A stretch of 64,000 bases of DNA from Gammaproteobacteria bacterium (GCA_024640085.1 JAHEFR010000073.1:347-64346), one strand, 5' to 3'. Shown: positions 1 to 11,098, counted from the stretch's first letter. Program-made: numbers and translations. The notes: generated by a model not told the origin, from the sequence alone.

Positions 1-110
1 GGACTCACAAGCGGCTCATGGACATCGTGGACCCCACCGACAAGACGGTGGATGCCCTGATGAAACTGGAATTGCCCGCTGGGGTGGACGTGCAGATTAA
101 ATTGAACTGA
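1..110 (+). CDS. rpsJ: 30S ribosomal protein S10, C-terminal fragment (5' end outside window)
   Basis: Frame starting at nt 3 reads [35 protein letters not shown] then TGA at 108-110. This is the conserved S10 C-terminus, and it sits upstream of rplC as in the S10 operon. Confidence 0.9.
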   Translation, partial: THKRLMDIVDPTDKTVDALMKLELPAGVDVQIKLN

Positions 111-130
111 TCTGGGAATCCCAATATAAT
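102..130 (+). promoter_or_regulatory. Candidate sigma70-type promoter overlapping the rpsJ stop codon
   Basis: TTGAAC (102-107), 17-nt spacer (108-124), perfect TATAAT (125-130), in an otherwise GC-rich context. Sequence match only. Confidence 0.35.
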
Positions 131-143
131 ACTCTGCTCCCTG

Positions 144-174
144 TGGCCCGGTGCAGTAAACCTGTGCCGGGCCA
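144..174 (+). promoter_or_regulatory. 13-bp RNA hairpin in the rpsJ-rplC spacer, function unknown
   Basis: Arms tggcccggtgcag (144-156) and ctgtgccgggcca (162-174) pair at all 13 positions (11 Watson-Crick plus 2 adjacent G-U) around the loop taaac. No U-tract follows. A second 6-bp hairpin cgcccg/cgggcg lies at 206-224. Confidence 0.4.
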
Positions 175-283
175 CTGACTTGACGGGATAAGCACCCCGG
201 ACAATCGCCCGCAAATGACGGGCGGGATTCGAAATACAGCGCCGACCAATCGAAGCCGGCGCGGTGTAAGAGGAATAGACAAG

Positions 284-925
284 ATGGCTATCGGTCTAGT
301 GGGCCGCAAATGCGGCATGACGCGCGTGTTCACGGACGCCGGGGAATCCATCCCCGTGACCGTGATCGAGGCGTTGCCCAACCGGATCACCCAGGTGAAG
401 ACCCAGGATACGGACGGGTACCGGGCGGTGCAGGTCACCACCGGGGCCCGCAAGCCTTCCCGGGTCCGGAAGCCGCTGCAGGCGCACTTCGCGAAGGCGG
501 GCGTCGAGGCCGGCCGTGGCCTGTGGGAGTTCCGCCTCGACGGCGAAGAAGGCGCCGATCTCGAGACCGGTGGCCAGATTACCGTCGACATATTCAGCGA
601 CGGTCAGGTGGTGGATGTGGCCGGGACCAGCATCGGCAAGGGGTTCGCCGGCACCATCAAGCGCCACAATTTCCGCTCCCAGGATGCCACCCACGGCAAT
701 TCGCTGTCTCATCGCGCCTCCGGCTCGATCGGCCAGAACCAGACGCCGGGTCGTGTCTTCAAGGGTAAGAAGATGGCAGGCCAGATGGGCAACGTGCGCC
801 GGACGGCGCAGAACCTCACCGTGGTCCGGGTGGACGCCGAGCGTAATCTGCTGCTGGTCCGGGGTGCAGTCCCCGGCGCCAAGGGCGGCGATCTCGTTAT
901 CCGGCCGTCGGTCAAGCGAGGTTAA
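284..925 (+). CDS. rplC: 50S ribosomal protein L3
   Basis: [29 protein letters not shown] is the typical L3 N-terminus. The ATG at 284 was chosen over the longer ORF start at 215. Operon position fits. Confidence 0.96.
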   Translation: MAIGLVGRKCGMTRVFTDAGESIPVTVIEALPNRITQVKTQDTDGYRAVQVTTGARKPSRVRKPLQAHFAKAGVEAGRGLWEFRLDGEEGADLETGGQITVDIFSDGQVVDVAGTSIGKGFAGTIKRHNFRSQDATHGNSLSHRASGSIGQNQTPGRVFKGKKMAGQMGNVRRTAQNLTVVRVDAERNLLLVRGAVPGAKGGDLVIRPSVKRG

Positions 926-928
926 GGC

Positions 929-1543
929 ATGTCGATGACGCTTCAACTTCACGGGGCTGCCGGCAAGGACCTGCAGGTTTCCGAGGCCGCCTTCGGGCGC
1001 GATTTCAACGAGGGGCTGGTGCACCAGGTGGTGACGGCCTATATGGCTGCCGGCCGGTCTGGCACCAAGGCCCAGAAGACCCGGGCCCAGGTCCGGGGCG
1101 GCGGCGCCAAACCCTGGCGCCAGAAGGGCACCGGCCGGGCACGAGCAGGGTCCATCCGGAGTCCGATCTGGGTCGGCGGTGGCCGTGCGTTTGCCGCCAG
1201 CCCGCGCAGCTATGAACAGAAGGTCAACCGGAAGATGTACCGGGCGGCCATGCGGTCCCTGCTCTCCGAACTGGTGCGCCGCGGGCACCTGAAGATCGTG
1301 GAGTCGCTGGAGCTTGCGGAGCCCCGAACCCGGCTGATGGTGGACAAGCTGAAGGAGTTGAACGTCGACAGCGGCCTGTTCGTGGTCGAGGCGTTTGACG
1401 AGAAGCTCTACCTGGCCTCCAGGAACCTCCCTGACGTGGAAGTCCTGGAAGTGACCGCCCTGGATCCGGTCAGCCTGTTGCGCTACGACCAGGTGGTGAT
1501 GACCGTCGCGGCCGTCCGCAGGCTCGAGGAGAAGCTGGGATGA
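929..1543 (+). CDS. rplD: 50S ribosomal protein L4
   Basis: Contains [24 protein letters not shown], a signature of the L4 N-terminal region. A GAGG lies 8 nt upstream of the ATG. Confidence 0.96.
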   Translation: MSMTLQLHGAAGKDLQVSEAAFGRDFNEGLVHQVVTAYMAAGRSGTKAQKTRAQVRGGGAKPWRQKGTGRARAGSIRSPIWVGGGRAFAASPRSYEQKVNRKMYRAAMRSLLSELVRRGHLKIVESLELAEPRTRLMVDKLKELNVDSGLFVVEAFDEKLYLASRNLPDVEVLEVTALDPVSLLRYDQVVMTVAAVRRLEEKLG

Positions 1544-1836
1544 GTCAGGAAAGACTGATGACCGTGCTACTCGGTCCCCACGTCTCGGAGAAAGGGACCG
1601 TGCTGGCCGAGAAGAACAACCAGGTGGTGTTCCGGGTGCGCACCGACGCCGACAAGGCGGAGATCCGCAAGGCCGTCGAGCTGATGTTCGAGGTCAAGGT
1701 AGAGGGTGTGCAAGTGGTCAATGTCCACGGGAAGAACAAGCGCTTCGGCCGCAAGAAGGGCAAGCGTTCCAACTGGAAGAAGGCGTACGTCCGCCTTGCT
1801 GAAGGTCAGAACATCGATTTCCTCGGGGCCGAGTGA
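1540..1836 (+). CDS. rplW: 50S ribosomal protein L23
   Basis: ATGA overlap with rplD. Sequence [11 protein letters not shown]...[24 protein letters not shown] is typical of L23. Confidence 0.96.
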   Translation: MSQERLMTVLLGPHVSEKGTVLAEKNNQVVFRVRTDADKAEIRKAVELMFEVKVEGVQVVNVHGKNKRFGRKKGKRSNWKKAYVRLAEGQNIDFLGAE

Positions 1837-1880
1837 TCGGACCTCACAGAAAGAACTGAGTAAGGCATAGAGAAGCTGCG

Positions 1881-2708
1881 ATGGCACTGCAGAAGACAAA
1901 ACCGACATCCGCGGGGCGCCGATTCGTCGTCCGTGTGAAGACGCCGGGCCTGCACAAGGGCAAGCCGGTAGACGCGCTTGTGGCCAAGAAGAGCAAGAAC
2001 GGCGGGCGTAACAATGCGGGACGCATCACCACCAGGCACAAGGGCGGTGGGCACAAGCAGCGATACCGGATCGTCGATTTCCGTCGCAACAAGGACGGCG
2101 TACCCGGGCGGGTCGAACGGATCGAATACGATCCGAACCGAAGCGCCCATCTGGCGCTTGTCCTGTATGCGGACGGCGAGCGTCGTTACATCATCGCTCC
2201 GAAGACGATCTCGGCCGGTGACCCGGTGATGTCCGGCACCGAAGCGCCGATCAAGCCTGGCAACTGCCTGCCCCTGAGGAACATCCCGGTGGGTACCGTG
2301 GTGCATTGCATCGAGCTGAAGCCGGGCAAGGGCGCCCAACTCGCCCGCAGCGCCGGGACCAGCGTGCAGGTAGCCGCGCGCGAGGGTGTCTACGCGACCC
2401 TGAAGCTGCGTAGCGGCGAGATGCGCAGGGTCCACGTGGATTGCCGCGCCACGATAGGCGAGGTCGGCAACGACGAACACGGCCTCAGGAAGCTCGGCAA
2501 GGCCGGCGCCAAGCGCTGGCGGGGGTCCCGGCCCACCGTCCGCGGCGTCGCCATGAACCCGGTGGACCATCCCCACGGAGGCGGTGAGGGCCGTACCTCG
2601 GGAGGACGTCACCCGGTCAGCCCCTGGGGCACGCCGACCAAGGGATACAAGACGCGTAACAACAAGCGGACCGACGGCCAGATTGTGCGTCGTCGGAACC
2701 GGAAGTAG
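1881..2708 (+). CDS. rplB: 50S ribosomal protein L2
   Basis: [15 protein letters not shown]...[17 protein letters not shown] is the L2 signature. Confidence 0.97.
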   Translation: MALQKTKPTSAGRRFVVRVKTPGLHKGKPVDALVAKKSKNGGRNNAGRITTRHKGGGHKQRYRIVDFRRNKDGVPGRVERIEYDPNRSAHLALVLYADGERRYIIAPKTISAGDPVMSGTEAPIKPGNCLPLRNIPVGTVVHCIELKPGKGAQLARSAGTSVQVAAREGVYATLKLRSGEMRRVHVDCRATIGEVGNDEHGLRKLGKAGAKRWRGSRPTVRGVAMNPVDHPHGGGEGRTSGGRHPVSPWGTPTKGYKTRNNKRTDGQIVRRRNRK

Positions 2709-2719
2709 GAGAGGTAGCC

Positions 2720-2992
2720 GTGCCACGTTCGGTAAAGAAGGGGCCTTTCGTCGACTCGCACCTGGCCAGCAAGGTGGTCGTCGCGCAGAAGAAGAACGAC
2801 AGGCGCCCGATCAAGACATGGTCGAGACGTTCGATGATCGTGCCGGATATGGTCGGACTGACGATCGCCGTGCACAACGGGCGTCAGCACGTGCCTGTGC
2901 TGATCTCCGAGAACATGGTCGGCCACAAGCTCGGGGAGTTCGCCGTCACGCGCACTTTCCGGGGTCATGCTGCGGACCGGAAGGCGAAGTAG
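2720..2992 (+). CDS. rpsS: 30S ribosomal protein S19
   Basis: GTG start. [15 protein letters not shown]...HNGRQHVPV is typical of S19. Confidence 0.96.
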   Translation: MPRSVKKGPFVDSHLASKVVVAQKKNDRRPIKTWSRRSMIVPDMVGLTIAVHNGRQHVPVLISENMVGHKLGEFAVTRTFRGHAADRKAK

Positions 2993-3004
2993 GGGAGCGC
3001 GACG

Positions 3005-3337
3005 ATGAACGTAGCAGCCAGACTCCGTTATGCCCGGGTGTCGCCGCAGAAGTGCAGGCTGGTGGCGGATATGGTCCGCGGCAAGCCCGTGGGCGACGCG
3101 CTGCAGACGCTGAGTTTCACGCCCAAGAAAGCGGCGCGGATCGTGAAGAAGGTGCTGGAGTCGGCCATCGCCAACGCCGAGCACAACCACGGGGCCGACA
3201 TCGACGAACTGAAGGTCGCCACGGTGATGGTGGACGAGGCTCCGAGCTTCAAGCGCTATCAGGCACGCGCACGCGGACGCGGCGCGAGGATCATCAAGAG
3301 AAACAGCCACATCACCGTGTGTGTGGGCGACGAGTAA
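3005..3337 (+). CDS. rplV: 50S ribosomal protein L22
   Basis: [25 protein letters not shown] matches L22, and the operon order fits. Confidence 0.96.
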   Translation: MNVAARLRYARVSPQKCRLVADMVRGKPVGDALQTLSFTPKKAARIVKKVLESAIANAEHNHGADIDELKVATVMVDEAPSFKRYQARARGRGARIIKRNSHITVCVGDE

Positions 3338-3355
3338 GCGGATAGAGGGGCCGTA

Positions 3356-4039
3356 ATGGGTCAAAAAGTCAATCCAATCGGTATACGCCTCGGCATCACC
3401 CGGGACTGGTCGTCCCGCTGGTACGCCGACACGCGTAACTTCCCGGAGTTCGTTCACACGGACTGGAAGATCCGGCAGCTGCTCAAGAAGAAGCTGTCGC
3501 AGGCTTCCGTGAGCAAGATCCACATCGAGCGGCCGGCGAAGAAGGCCCACATCACGATCCATACGGCCCGGCCGGGAATCGTCATCGGCAAGAAGGGCGA
3601 GGACATCGAGAAGCTGCGCCTGGAAGTGGCTGCGATGCTGGAGATGCCGATCGGTGACGTCCGCATCAACATCGCCGAGATCCGCAAGCCGGAGCTCGAC
3701 GCCCAGCTCGTCGCGGAAGGGATCGCGCAGCAGCTCGAGCGCCGCGTGATGTTCCGCCGCGCCATGAAGCGGGCGGTGACCAATTCCATGCGGCTCGGGG
3801 CCCAGGGCGTGAAGGTCAAGGTGGCCGGGCGCCTCAACGGTGCTGAAATCGCCCGTTCCGAATGGTATCGGGAGGGCCGTGTGCCGCTGCATACCTTCCG
3901 CGCCGAGATCGACTACGGGCTGGCCGAGGCCGTGACCACCTACGGCGTCATCGGCGTGAAAGTGTGGATTTTCAAGGGTGAGGTCTTCGACTCGGGCGAG
4001 GCGAAGAGCGCCGCTGCCGGCGAGACCGCCTCGAGGTAG
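3356..4039 (+). CDS. rpsC: 30S ribosomal protein S3
   Basis: [24 protein letters not shown] plus the KH domain motif [14 protein letters not shown]. Confidence 0.97.
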   Translation: MGQKVNPIGIRLGITRDWSSRWYADTRNFPEFVHTDWKIRQLLKKKLSQASVSKIHIERPAKKAHITIHTARPGIVIGKKGEDIEKLRLEVAAMLEMPIGDVRINIAEIRKPELDAQLVAEGIAQQLERRVMFRRAMKRAVTNSMRLGAQGVKVKVAGRLNGAEIARSEWYREGRVPLHTFRAEIDYGLAEAVTTYGVIGVKVWIFKGEVFDSGEAKSAAAGETASR

Positions 4040-4050
4040 GAGTCGACGAT

Positions 4051-4464
4051 ATGTTGCAGCCCAAGAGAACCAAGTACAGGAAGCAGCAGAAAGGCAAGAA
4101 CCGTGGTCTTGCGCATCGTGGTAGCAGCGTCGCCTTCGGTGAGTATGGCCTGAAGGCGATCGGACGGGGGCGGCTGACCGCCCGGCAGATCGAAGCCGCC
4201 CGGCGCGCCATGACCCGGCACGTCAAGCGTGGCGGCAAGGTCTGGATCCGGGTATTCCCGGACAAGCCGATCACCCAGAAGCCGCTCGAGGTCCGGCAGG
4301 GCAAGGGCAAGGGCAACGTGGAGTACTGGGTGGCCCAGATCCAGCCCGGCAAGGTGTTGTACGAGATGGAAGGCGTGGACGAGACGGTGGCGCGCGAGGC
4401 GTTCCGCCTGGCTGCGGCGAAGCTGCCTATTGCCACCGCGTTCGTGTCCAGGCAGGTGATGTGA
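4051..4464 (+). CDS. rplP: 50S ribosomal protein L16
   Basis: [21 protein letters not shown] is the L16 N-terminus. Confidence 0.97.
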   Translation: MLQPKRTKYRKQQKGKNRGLAHRGSSVAFGEYGLKAIGRGRLTARQIEAARRAMTRHVKRGGKVWIRVFPDKPITQKPLEVRQGKGKGNVEYWVAQIQPGKVLYEMEGVDETVAREAFRLAAAKLPIATAFVSRQVM

Positions 4465-4676
4465 TGAAGCCCACTGAGATGCGGGAAAAGTCGGCCGCTG
4501 AACTCCGCGAGGAACTGCTGAAGCTCCGCCGCGAGCAGTTCAATCTGCGCATGCAGCGGGCGACCGGACAGATGGCGCGCCCCGATCAGTTTGGCAAGGT
4601 GCGCAAGGACATCGCGCGGATCAAGACCGTGCTCAAGGAGATCGGGGCTGCGAGCCCTGCGGGTGAAGCGAAATGA
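4464..4676 (+). CDS. rpmC: 50S ribosomal protein L29
   Basis: [31 protein letters not shown] matches L29. The ATG at 4464 overlaps the rplP stop; the track ORF begins one codon earlier, at GTG 4461. Confidence 0.95.
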   Translation: MKPTEMREKSAAELREELLKLRREQFNLRMQRATGQMARPDQFGKVRKDIARIKTVLKEIGAASPAGEAK

Positions 4677-4945
4677 GCGAGACGATTCAGGCAGAAACGA
4701 CGACGTCCCGGCGGACGCTGACTGGCCGGGTGGTCAGCAACGGTATGGACAAGACCGTGGCGGTCTCCGTGGAGCGGCTGGTGAAGCACCCCGTTTACGG
4801 CAAGTTCATCCGCCGCACGTCGAAGATGCTCGCCCACGACGAGAACAACGAGGCCCAGGTCGGCGACACCGTGGAGATCGCGGAGTGCCGGCCGTTGTCG
4901 AAGCGCAAGGCCTGGAAGATCGTCAATTTCGTGGAGCGCGCGTAG
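4673..4945 (+). CDS. rpsQ: 30S ribosomal protein S17
   Basis: ATGA overlap with rpmC. Sequence [31 protein letters not shown] matches S17. Confidence 0.96.
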   Translation: MSETIQAETTTSRRTLTGRVVSNGMDKTVAVSVERLVKHPVYGKFIRRTSKMLAHDENNEAQVGDTVEIAECRPLSKRKAWKIVNFVERA

Positions 4946-4997
4946 CCGCCGGGGAACCGGACGGCTGGTAGCAAAGAGACATTGCGAGACTGAAGCC

Positions 4998-5366
4998 ATG
5001 ATCCAGATGCAGACCGTTTTGACGGCCGCAGACAATAGCGGGGCCAAGCGCCTCCAGTGCATCAAGGTGCTGGGTGGCTCCAAGCGCCGATACGCGGGCG
5101 TGGGTGACATTATCAAGGTCAGCGTCAAGGACGCGATCCCGCGCGGCAAGGTCAAGAAGGGCGAGGTCTACCATGCGGTAGTCGTCCGGACGCGCAAGGG
5201 CGTGAGGCGGCCGGACGGCTCGCTGATCCGCTTCGACGGCAATGCCGCGGTCCTGCTGACCAACCGGCTGGAGCCGATCGGCACACGCATATTCGGGCCG
5301 GTCACGCGCGAGCTGAGGACCGGTAACTTTATGAAAATCATTTCCCTCGCGCCTGAAGTGATCTGA
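4998..5366 (+). CDS. rplN: 50S ribosomal protein L14
   Basis: [28 protein letters not shown] is the L14 signature; first gene of the spc cluster. Confidence 0.97.
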   Translation: MIQMQTVLTAADNSGAKRLQCIKVLGGSKRRYAGVGDIIKVSVKDAIPRGKVKKGEVYHAVVVRTRKGVRRPDGSLIRFDGNAAVLLTNRLEPIGTRIFGPVTRELRTGNFMKIISLAPEVI

Positions 5367-5387
5367 GGCGTTCAGGGGAGGTCCGAG

Positions 5388-5711
5388 ATGGCATTGACAA
5401 ACATCAAGAAGGGCGATGAGGTCGTCGTCATCGCAGGCAAGGACAGGGGGCGCCGCGGGACGGTGCTGCGTGTCTACGCCGACGAGCGCGTGCTGATCGA
5501 GAACATCAACGTGGTGAAGAAGCACCAGAAGCCGAATCCGAACGCGGGTGTCCAGGGCGGCATCATCGAGAAGGAGATGCCGCTGCACGTGTCCAACGTG
5601 ATGCTGTTCAATCCCTTGACGAAGAAGGGAGACAGGGTGGGCGTGCGCACCCTGGAGGACGGCAAGAAGGTCAGGTTTTTCAAGTCCAACGGCGAGGTCG
5701 TGGACGTTTAA
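5388..5711 (+). CDS. rplX: 50S ribosomal protein L24
   Basis: [21 protein letters not shown] is the KOW motif of L24. Confidence 0.96.
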   Translation: MALTNIKKGDEVVVIAGKDRGRRGTVLRVYADERVLIENINVVKKHQKPNPNAGVQGGIIEKEMPLHVSNVMLFNPLTKKGDRVGVRTLEDGKKVRFFKSNGEVVDV

Positions 5712-5726
5712 GTCCGGGTGATCGAG

Positions 5727-6266
5727 ATGTCCAGGCTGCAGGAATATTACAAAGAGACGGTGGTCCCCCAGTTGATCGAGAAGCTGGGGCTGTCCAACAC
5801 GATGGCGGTACCGCGCATCGAGAAGGTGACGATCAACATGGGCGTCGGCGAGACGACCACAGATCGCAAGATCCTCGATCATGCCATCGATGACATGACC
5901 AAGATCGCCGGCCAGAAGCCGGTGATCACGAGGACGCGCCGGTCGGTCGCCAGCTTCAAGATCCGTGACGGAGTCCCGATCGGATGCAAGGTGACGCTGA
6001 GGCGAGAGCGCATGTACGAGTTCCTCGACCGGCTGATCAATATCGCCATCCCCCGCGTACGCGATTTCCGTGGTCTCAACGCGAAATCCTTCGACGGGCG
6101 GGGCAACTACAACATGGGCGTCCGGGAGCAGATCATTTTCCCGGAAGTCGATTACGACCAGATCGACGCGATCCGGGGGATGAATATCACCATCACCACG
6201 AGCGCGAAGAACGATGAGCAGGGGAAAGCGCTGCTGGAAGCGTTCGATTTCCCCTTCAGGAAGTGA
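5727..6266 (+). CDS. rplE: 50S ribosomal protein L5
   Basis: [21 protein letters not shown] matches the L5 N-terminus. The ATG at 5727 is preferred over the in-frame GTG at 5718. Confidence 0.95.
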   Translation: MSRLQEYYKETVVPQLIEKLGLSNTMAVPRIEKVTINMGVGETTTDRKILDHAIDDMTKIAGQKPVITRTRRSVASFKIRDGVPIGCKVTLRRERMYEFLDRLINIAIPRVRDFRGLNAKSFDGRGNYNMGVREQIIFPEVDYDQIDAIRGMNITITTSAKNDEQGKALLEAFDFPFRK

Positions 6267-6278
6267 GGATCTGACGGT

Positions 6279-6584
6279 ATGGCAAAGAAGTCGATGGTTC
6301 AGCGGGAGATCAAGCGGGCGAAGGTTGTCGCGCGGTACGCCGCGAAACGCGCCCGATTGAAGGAGACGATCCGCAGCCCTGAGAGCTCAGACGCGGAGCG
6401 AGCCCAGGCGCTCGCCGGTCTGCAGGCTCTGCCGCGGGACGCCAGCCCGAGCCGGCTGCGCAACCGGTGTTCCATCACCGGCCGGGCCAAGGGTTATTAC
6501 CGGAAATTCGGCCTTGGCCGCAACAAGCTGCGGGAGGCCGCCATGAGCGGAGAAATCCCGGGGCTTTCCAAGGCCAGTTGGTAA
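6279..6584 (+). CDS. rpsN: 30S ribosomal protein S14 (long form lacking the zinc ribbon)
   Basis: [28 protein letters not shown]...[26 protein letters not shown], 101 aa, with no CxxC pairs. Confidence 0.96.
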   Translation: MAKKSMVQREIKRAKVVARYAAKRARLKETIRSPESSDAERAQALAGLQALPRDASPSRLRNRCSITGRAKGYYRKFGLGRNKLREAAMSGEIPGLSKASW

Positions 6585-6621
6585 CGAGCCATCGGATCAG
6601 AGGAATCGAGGAACACCAGCA

Positions 6622-7017
6622 ATGAGCATGACCGATCCCATAGCGGACCTGTTGACCCGGATCCGCAATGGCCAGAGTTCTGGCAAGACCCACATCCGCG
6701 TGGCCTCGTCCGGGATAAAGCAGGCCATCGTGCAGGTCCTGAAAGACGAGGGCTACGTCGCCGATTTCCGCATGGAGTCGGAGGGCGGGAAGGACACGCT
6801 GGTCGTGGAGCTCAAGTATTTTTCCGGGCAGCCGGTTATAGAGACCATCCGGCGGGTCAGCACCCCAGGGTGCCGCGTGTATCGGGGCAAGGACGAGCTG
6901 CCCAAAGTCATGGGCGGGCTCGGGGTAGCGATCGTGTCGACGTCACAGGGCGTGATGAGCGATCGTCAGGCCAGGACCCGGGGACACGGCGGCGAAGTGC
7001 TCTGCGTAGTGTCCTGA
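6622..7017 (+). CDS. rpsH: 30S ribosomal protein S8
   Basis: [17 protein letters not shown] is the S8 N-terminus. Confidence 0.97.
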   Translation: MSMTDPIADLLTRIRNGQSSGKTHIRVASSGIKQAIVQVLKDEGYVADFRMESEGGKDTLVVELKYFSGQPVIETIRRVSTPGCRVYRGKDELPKVMGGLGVAIVSTSQGVMSDRQARTRGHGGEVLCVVS

Positions 7018-7042
7018 TGCGGCTTTAACGAGAGATAGGACC

Positions 7043-7576
7043 ATGTCTAGAGTTGCGAAGAAGCCGATCGACCTGCCCAAGGGCGTGGAGATCAAGCGCG
7101 AGGAAGATGCGGTGACGGTCAAGGGCCCCAAGGGCGCGCTGACGCTGAAACTGCGCGAGGGGATCGGCGTCGAACAGGACGAGAGGAGCCTGACGGTCAC
7201 CGGATACGATGAAAACCGGGGGCTAGCGGCCATGGCCGGCACGACCCGGGCGCTGTTGGCGAACATGATCACAGGCGTGTCCGACGGATTCGAGCGCAAG
7301 CTCGAACTCCGCGGTGTCGGCTACCGCGCCCAGGCACAGGGCCAGAAACTGAATCTGACTCTCGGTTTCTCGCATCCGGTCAATTACGACGTGCCGGAGG
7401 GAGTGAAGGTAGAGACGCCCAGCCAGACGGAAGTTTTTGTCAGGGGCGTGGACAAGCAGAAGGTGGGACAGGTGGCGGCCGAAATCCGCGCGTATCGTCC
7501 GCCGGAGCCCTACAAGGGCAAGGGCGTGCGTTATGCGGATGAACGTGTCGTCATAAAGGAAGCCAAGAAGAAGTAG
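7043..7576 (+). CDS. rplF: 50S ribosomal protein L6
   Basis: [17 protein letters not shown]...GVGYRA matches L6. Confidence 0.96.
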   Translation: MSRVAKKPIDLPKGVEIKREEDAVTVKGPKGALTLKLREGIGVEQDERSLTVTGYDENRGLAAMAGTTRALLANMITGVSDGFERKLELRGVGYRAQAQGQKLNLTLGFSHPVNYDVPEGVKVETPSQTEVFVRGVDKQKVGQVAAEIRAYRPPEPYKGKGVRYADERVVIKEAKKK

Positions 7577-7587
7577 GCAGGACGGGC

Positions 7588-7941
7588 ATGGAAAAGAAAG
7601 AAAGTCGTTTGCGCCGCGCTCGCCGGACGCGTTTCAAGCTGCAGGAGCTGGGGGTATTCCGGCTCAGCGTGCATCGGACGCCACGGCACATCTATGCGCA
7701 GGTCATTGCCCCCGAGGATGGCCACATCGTCGTGGCCGCATCCACCCTGCAGAAAGACGTCCGCGAAGGCCTGAAGGCCACCGGGAACGTGGCTGCCGCG
7801 GTGGCGGTTGGCAAGGCGATCGCCGAGCGTGCGAAAGAGGCCGGGGTGACGAAGGTTGCGTTCGACCGGTCGGGGTTCCGTTATCACGGTCGTGTGAAGG
7901 CGCTGGCGGAAGCGGCGCGCGAGCACGGCCTCCAGTTCTGA
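7588..7941 (+). CDS. rplR: 50S ribosomal protein L18
   Basis: [14 protein letters not shown]...[16 protein letters not shown]...[26 protein letters not shown] matches L18. Confidence 0.96.
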   Translation: MEKKESRLRRARRTRFKLQELGVFRLSVHRTPRHIYAQVIAPEDGHIVVAASTLQKDVREGLKATGNVAAAVAVGKAIAERAKEAGVTKVAFDRSGFRYHGRVKALAEAAREHGLQF

Positions 7942-7965
7942 GGGCTGGCCAGAGGTTTTCCAGTT

Positions 7966-8472
7966 ATGGCAGCAATGGACAAGAATAGCGCCGGCGACGA
8001 TCTGATCGAGAAGCTGGTTGCGGTAAATCGGGTGGCCAAGGTGGTCAAGGGCGGGCGCCAGTTCGGCTTCACCGCTCTGACTGTCGTCGGCGACGGCTCG
8101 GGCAGGGTCGGCTTCGGTTACGGCAAGGCGAGGGAAGTGCCGCTGGCCATCCAGAAAGCCATGCAGGCAGCACGCAAGAACCTGTTACGGGTGAGCCTGC
8201 AGGGAGACACTATCCAGTACGCGATGAACGGCTTCCACGGCGCCACCAAGGTCTATATGCAGCCGGCGTCCGACGGTACGGGCGTTATCGCCGGTGGCGC
8301 CATGCGCGCCGTGTTCGAATGCGCCGGCGTACGTAATGTGCTGGCCAAGAGTTACGGGTCCCGCAATCCGATCAACGTGGTCAGGGCGACGATCAAGGCC
8401 CTGGCCGACATGAACTCCCCCGAGGCGATCGCCGCCAAGCGGGGCAAGACCGTCGAACAGATCCTGGGTTAG
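7966..8472 (+). CDS. rpsE: 30S ribosomal protein S5
   Basis: [47 protein letters not shown] matches S5. Confidence 0.97.
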   Translation: MAAMDKNSAGDDLIEKLVAVNRVAKVVKGGRQFGFTALTVVGDGSGRVGFGYGKAREVPLAIQKAMQAARKNLLRVSLQGDTIQYAMNGFHGATKVYMQPASDGTGVIAGGAMRAVFECAGVRNVLAKSYGSRNPINVVRATIKALADMNSPEAIAAKRGKTVEQILG

Positions 8473-8476
8473 GCCA

Positions 8477-8680
8477 ATGGCTGCGAAGAAAGAAAAAGCG
8501 GATTCGAAGCTCAAGGTGACGCTCGTGAAGAGCCTGAATGGTCGCATCGAGAGTCACAAGGCCTGTATCTCCGGGCTCGGACTCCGTCGCATCCGCCACA
8601 GCGTGGAAGTGACGGACACGCCGGAGAACAGGGGCATGATCAACAAGGTCTCGTACCTGTTGCAGGTAGAGGAAGCGTGA
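8477..8680 (+). CDS. rpmD: 50S ribosomal protein L30
   Basis: [29 protein letters not shown]...[14 protein letters not shown] matches L30. Confidence 0.95.
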   Translation: MAAKKEKADSKLKVTLVKSLNGRIESHKACISGLGLRRIRHSVEVTDTPENRGMINKVSYLLQVEEA

Positions 8681-8682
8681 CC

Positions 8683-9117
8683 ATGGACCTGAACGATCTC
8701 AAACCTGCCGATGGCAGCCGCAGGGAAGGCAAGCGCAAGGGCCGCGGTCATTCCGCCGGCCAGGGCAAGACCGGCGGCCGCGGCGTCAAGGGCCAGCACG
8801 CCCGTTCCGGCGGCTATCACAAGGTCGGCTTCGAGGGCGGCCAGATGCCGCTGCAGCGGCGACTCCCCAAGTTGGGCTTCGCATCTCGCAAGGCCCGCTA
8901 TGCGGCGGAAGTCCGCCTGCATGAGCTGGCCAAGGTGGACGGCGATATCGCCGACGAGCTGACCCTGAAGCGGGCCGGCATCGTCGGTCACGATGCGCGC
9001 CGCATCAAGATCATTGCGTCCGGCGAGATCGGCCGGGCGGTGACCGTCAAGGGCCTGCTGGTGACCCCGGGTGCGCGTAGCGCCATCGAGGCCGCTGGCG
9101 GGACTGTCGAGGACTGA
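8683..9117 (+). CDS. rplO: 50S ribosomal protein L15
   Basis: [34 protein letters not shown] matches L15. A GAGGAAG Shine-Dalgarno lies ~9 nt upstream of the ATG at 8683; the track ORF begins at GTG 8677. Confidence 0.95.
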   Translation: MDLNDLKPADGSRREGKRKGRGHSAGQGKTGGRGVKGQHARSGGYHKVGFEGGQMPLQRRLPKLGFASRKARYAAEVRLHELAKVDGDIADELTLKRAGIVGHDARRIKIIASGEIGRAVTVKGLLVTPGARSAIEAAGGTVED

Positions 9118-9133
9118 CCGGAAGGCATTCCAA

Positions 9134-10483
9134 GTGGCGAAGGGCAAGGCACTAAGCTCCAATCCGGCTGCGGCACTGGCCGATGCAACGCGCTTCTCGG
9201 AGCTGCGTTCGCGTCTCCTGTTCCTCGTCGGCGCGCTGATCGTCTACCGGATAGGGACCTTTATCCCCGTACCCGGTATCGATCCGGAGGCGTTGGCCCG
9301 TTTCTTCGAGCAGCAGGAAGGCACCATCCTGAGCGTGTTCAACATGTTCTCGGGTGGCGCCCTGAAGCGCCTCAGCATCTTCGCGTTGGGGATCATGCCC
9401 TACATCTCCGCCTCCATCATCATGCAGATGATGGCCGTGGTCGTGCCGAGCCTGGCTCAGCTCAAGAAGGAAGGCGAGTCAGGCCGCAGGAAGATCACTC
9501 AGTACACGCGCTACGGCACCGTCGGCCTGGCAACCTTCCAGGCGGTGGGCGCCTCCATCGCCTTCCAGAACCAGGGCGTGGTCATCGTCCCTGGATTCCA
9601 GTTCGTCTTCACCGCGGCCGTGACACTGGTAACCGGTACCATGTTCCTGATGTGGCTGGGCGAACAGGTGACCGAGAGGGGTATCGGAAACGGTATCTCC
9701 ATGATCATCCTCTCCAGCATCATATCCGGGCTCCCCGCGGCCATTGGCGGGACCCTCGAGCTAGTCCGGACCGGGGAGATGGCGGCAGCCCTGGCTCTGA
9801 TCCTGTTCATCCTGGTGCTGGGCGTGACTGGTTTCGTGGCCTTCGTCGAGCGCGGACAGCGACGTATCGCGGTGCACTACGCCAAACGTCAACAGGGACG
9901 GCGCATGTACCAGGGGCAGACCACCCACCTGCCGTTCAAGCTGAACATGTCGGGCGTGATCCCGCCGATTTTCGCCTCGAGCATCATTCTGTTCCCGGCC
10001 ACCATCGCCCAGTGGTTCGGGACCAGCGAGGGCTTCGGCTGGCTGCAGCAAATGGCCGCCAGCCTGTCGCCGGGACAGCCCGTGTATGTAATGATCTACG
10101 CGGCCCTGATCGTGTTCTTCTGTTTCTTCTACACGGCCCTGGTATTCAACTCTCGCGAGACGGCGGACAACCTCAAACGGTCCGGTGCGTTCATTCCGGG
10201 TATCCGCCCAGGTCAGCAGACCGGCGAGTACATCGACACTGTGCTGACCCGGCTGACGTTCTGGGGCGCCATGTACGTAACGGCTGTCTGCCTCTTGCCG
10301 GAATTCATGATCATGTACTGGAACGTGCCGTTCTATTTCGGCGGCACCTCGCTCATGATCATCGTGGTGGTCGTGATGGATTTCATGGCCCAGTTGCAGG
10401 CACACATGATGAGCCATCAGTACGAGGGCCTGCTGAAAAAGGCCAATCTCAAGGGGTATGGCCGCGCCGGACGAGTGCGCTGA
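9134..10483 (+). CDS. secY: Preprotein translocase subunit SecY
   Basis: [28 protein letters not shown]...[27 protein letters not shown] matches SecY. The GTG at 9134 has GGAAGG 8 nt upstream. The longer ORF start at 9071 would overlap rplO. Confidence 0.94.
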   Translation: MAKGKALSSNPAAALADATRFSELRSRLLFLVGALIVYRIGTFIPVPGIDPEALARFFEQQEGTILSVFNMFSGGALKRLSIFALGIMPYISASIIMQMMAVVVPSLAQLKKEGESGRRKITQYTRYGTVGLATFQAVGASIAFQNQGVVIVPGFQFVFTAAVTLVTGTMFLMWLGEQVTERGIGNGISMIILSSIISGLPAAIGGTLELVRTGEMAAALALILFILVLGVTGFVAFVERGQRRIAVHYAKRQQGRRMYQGQTTHLPFKLNMSGVIPPIFASSIILFPATIAQWFGTSEGFGWLQQMAASLSPGQPVYVMIYAALIVFFCFFYTALVFNSRETADNLKRSGAFIPGIRPGQQTGEYIDTVLTRLTFWGAMYVTAVCLLPEFMIMYWNVPFYFGGTSLMIIVVVVMDFMAQLQAHMMSHQYEGLLKKANLKGYGRAGRVR

Positions 10484-10510
10484 GCGCCCCCGGCTGTTTG
10501 GAGAAAGACC

Positions 10511-10624
10511 ATGAAGGTTCGAGCTTCGGTAAAGAAGATTTGTCGGAACTGCAAGATCGTCCGCCGCAAGGGCGTGGTCCGTGTTATCTGCACGGATCCC
10601 CGTCACAAGCAGCGTCAGGGCTGA
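10511..10624 (+). CDS. rpmJ: 50S ribosomal protein L36 (zinc-ribbon form)
   Basis: Not in the supplied ORF track because it is under 60 aa. Hand translation gives [37 protein letters not shown] then TGA, with Cys11/Cys14/Cys27/His33 ligands. It sits in the canonical position after secY. Confidence 0.95.
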   Translation: MKVRASVKKICRNCKIVRRKGVVRVICTDPRHKQRQG

Positions 10625-10632
10625 TACAGACC

Positions 10633-10661
10633 TTGAGGGAAACCCGAATTTCCGATATCTT
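10633..10661 (+). promoter_or_regulatory. Candidate alpha-operon promoter
   Basis: TTGAGG (10633-10638), 17-nt spacer, TATCTT (10656-10661), in the rpmJ-rpsM spacer. Each hexamer matches 4/6. Confidence 0.25.
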
Positions 10662-10670
10662 GGTGAGTTC

Positions 10671-10706
10671 TGCGCGGTACACAGGAGACGCTTTAAATGG
10701 CGCGTA
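10671..10706 (+). promoter_or_regulatory. Candidate S4 translational operator at the rpsM start
   Basis: tgcgcg (10671-10676) can pair with cgcgta (10701-10706), enclosing the AGGAG Shine-Dalgarno (10683-10687) and the rpsM ATG (10697). The position matches the E. coli alpha-operon S4 operator. The pseudoknot itself was not verified. Confidence 0.3.
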
Positions 10707-11053
10707 TTGCAGGGATTAACGTCCCGCCACACAAACACACGGTGATCGCCCTGACGCATATCTACGGCATAGGGCGGTCCACCGCGGGCAAGATTTGCTC
10801 GTCCGCCGGCGTGGCCCCCGACGTCAAGATCGGGGACCTGAGCGAGCCCGAGGTAGACAAGATACGTGCCGAGGTAGCCCGCCACGTCGTGGAGGGCGAT
10901 CTGCGGCGTGAGACGTCGATGAACATCAAGCGCTTGATGGACCTCGGCTGCTACCGGGGCATCCGCCACCGACGCGGGCTGCCGTTACGTGGCCAGCGTA
11001 CGCGGACCAACGCCCGGACCCGGAAGGGCCCCAAGCGCCCGATCCGTCGCTGA
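10697..11053 (+). CDS. rpsM: 30S ribosomal protein S13
   Basis: [30 protein letters not shown] matches S13. Confidence 0.97.
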   Translation: MARIAGINVPPHKHTVIALTHIYGIGRSTAGKICSSAGVAPDVKIGDLSEPEVDKIRAEVARHVVEGDLRRETSMNIKRLMDLGCYRGIRHRRGLPLRGQRTRTNARTRKGPKRPIRR

Positions 11054-11098
11054 ACATCGGTCCCGCATAGAAACAGGGAATTATCCAGGTAACGCAAT

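Noticed and set aside
2609-3892. 427-aa minus-strand ORF antisense to rpsS, rplV and rpsC. Similar cases are 296-1288, 1806-2726, 4923-5882 and 9761-10969.
   Set aside because: These lie antisense to ribosomal-protein genes and secY, and are artefacts of high GC3.
9652-10719. 355-aa plus-strand alternative-frame ORF overlapping secY and rpmJ
   Set aside because: The translation is Arg/Pro/Gly-rich, and the frame is shifted relative to a perfectly conserved secY. There is no independent support.
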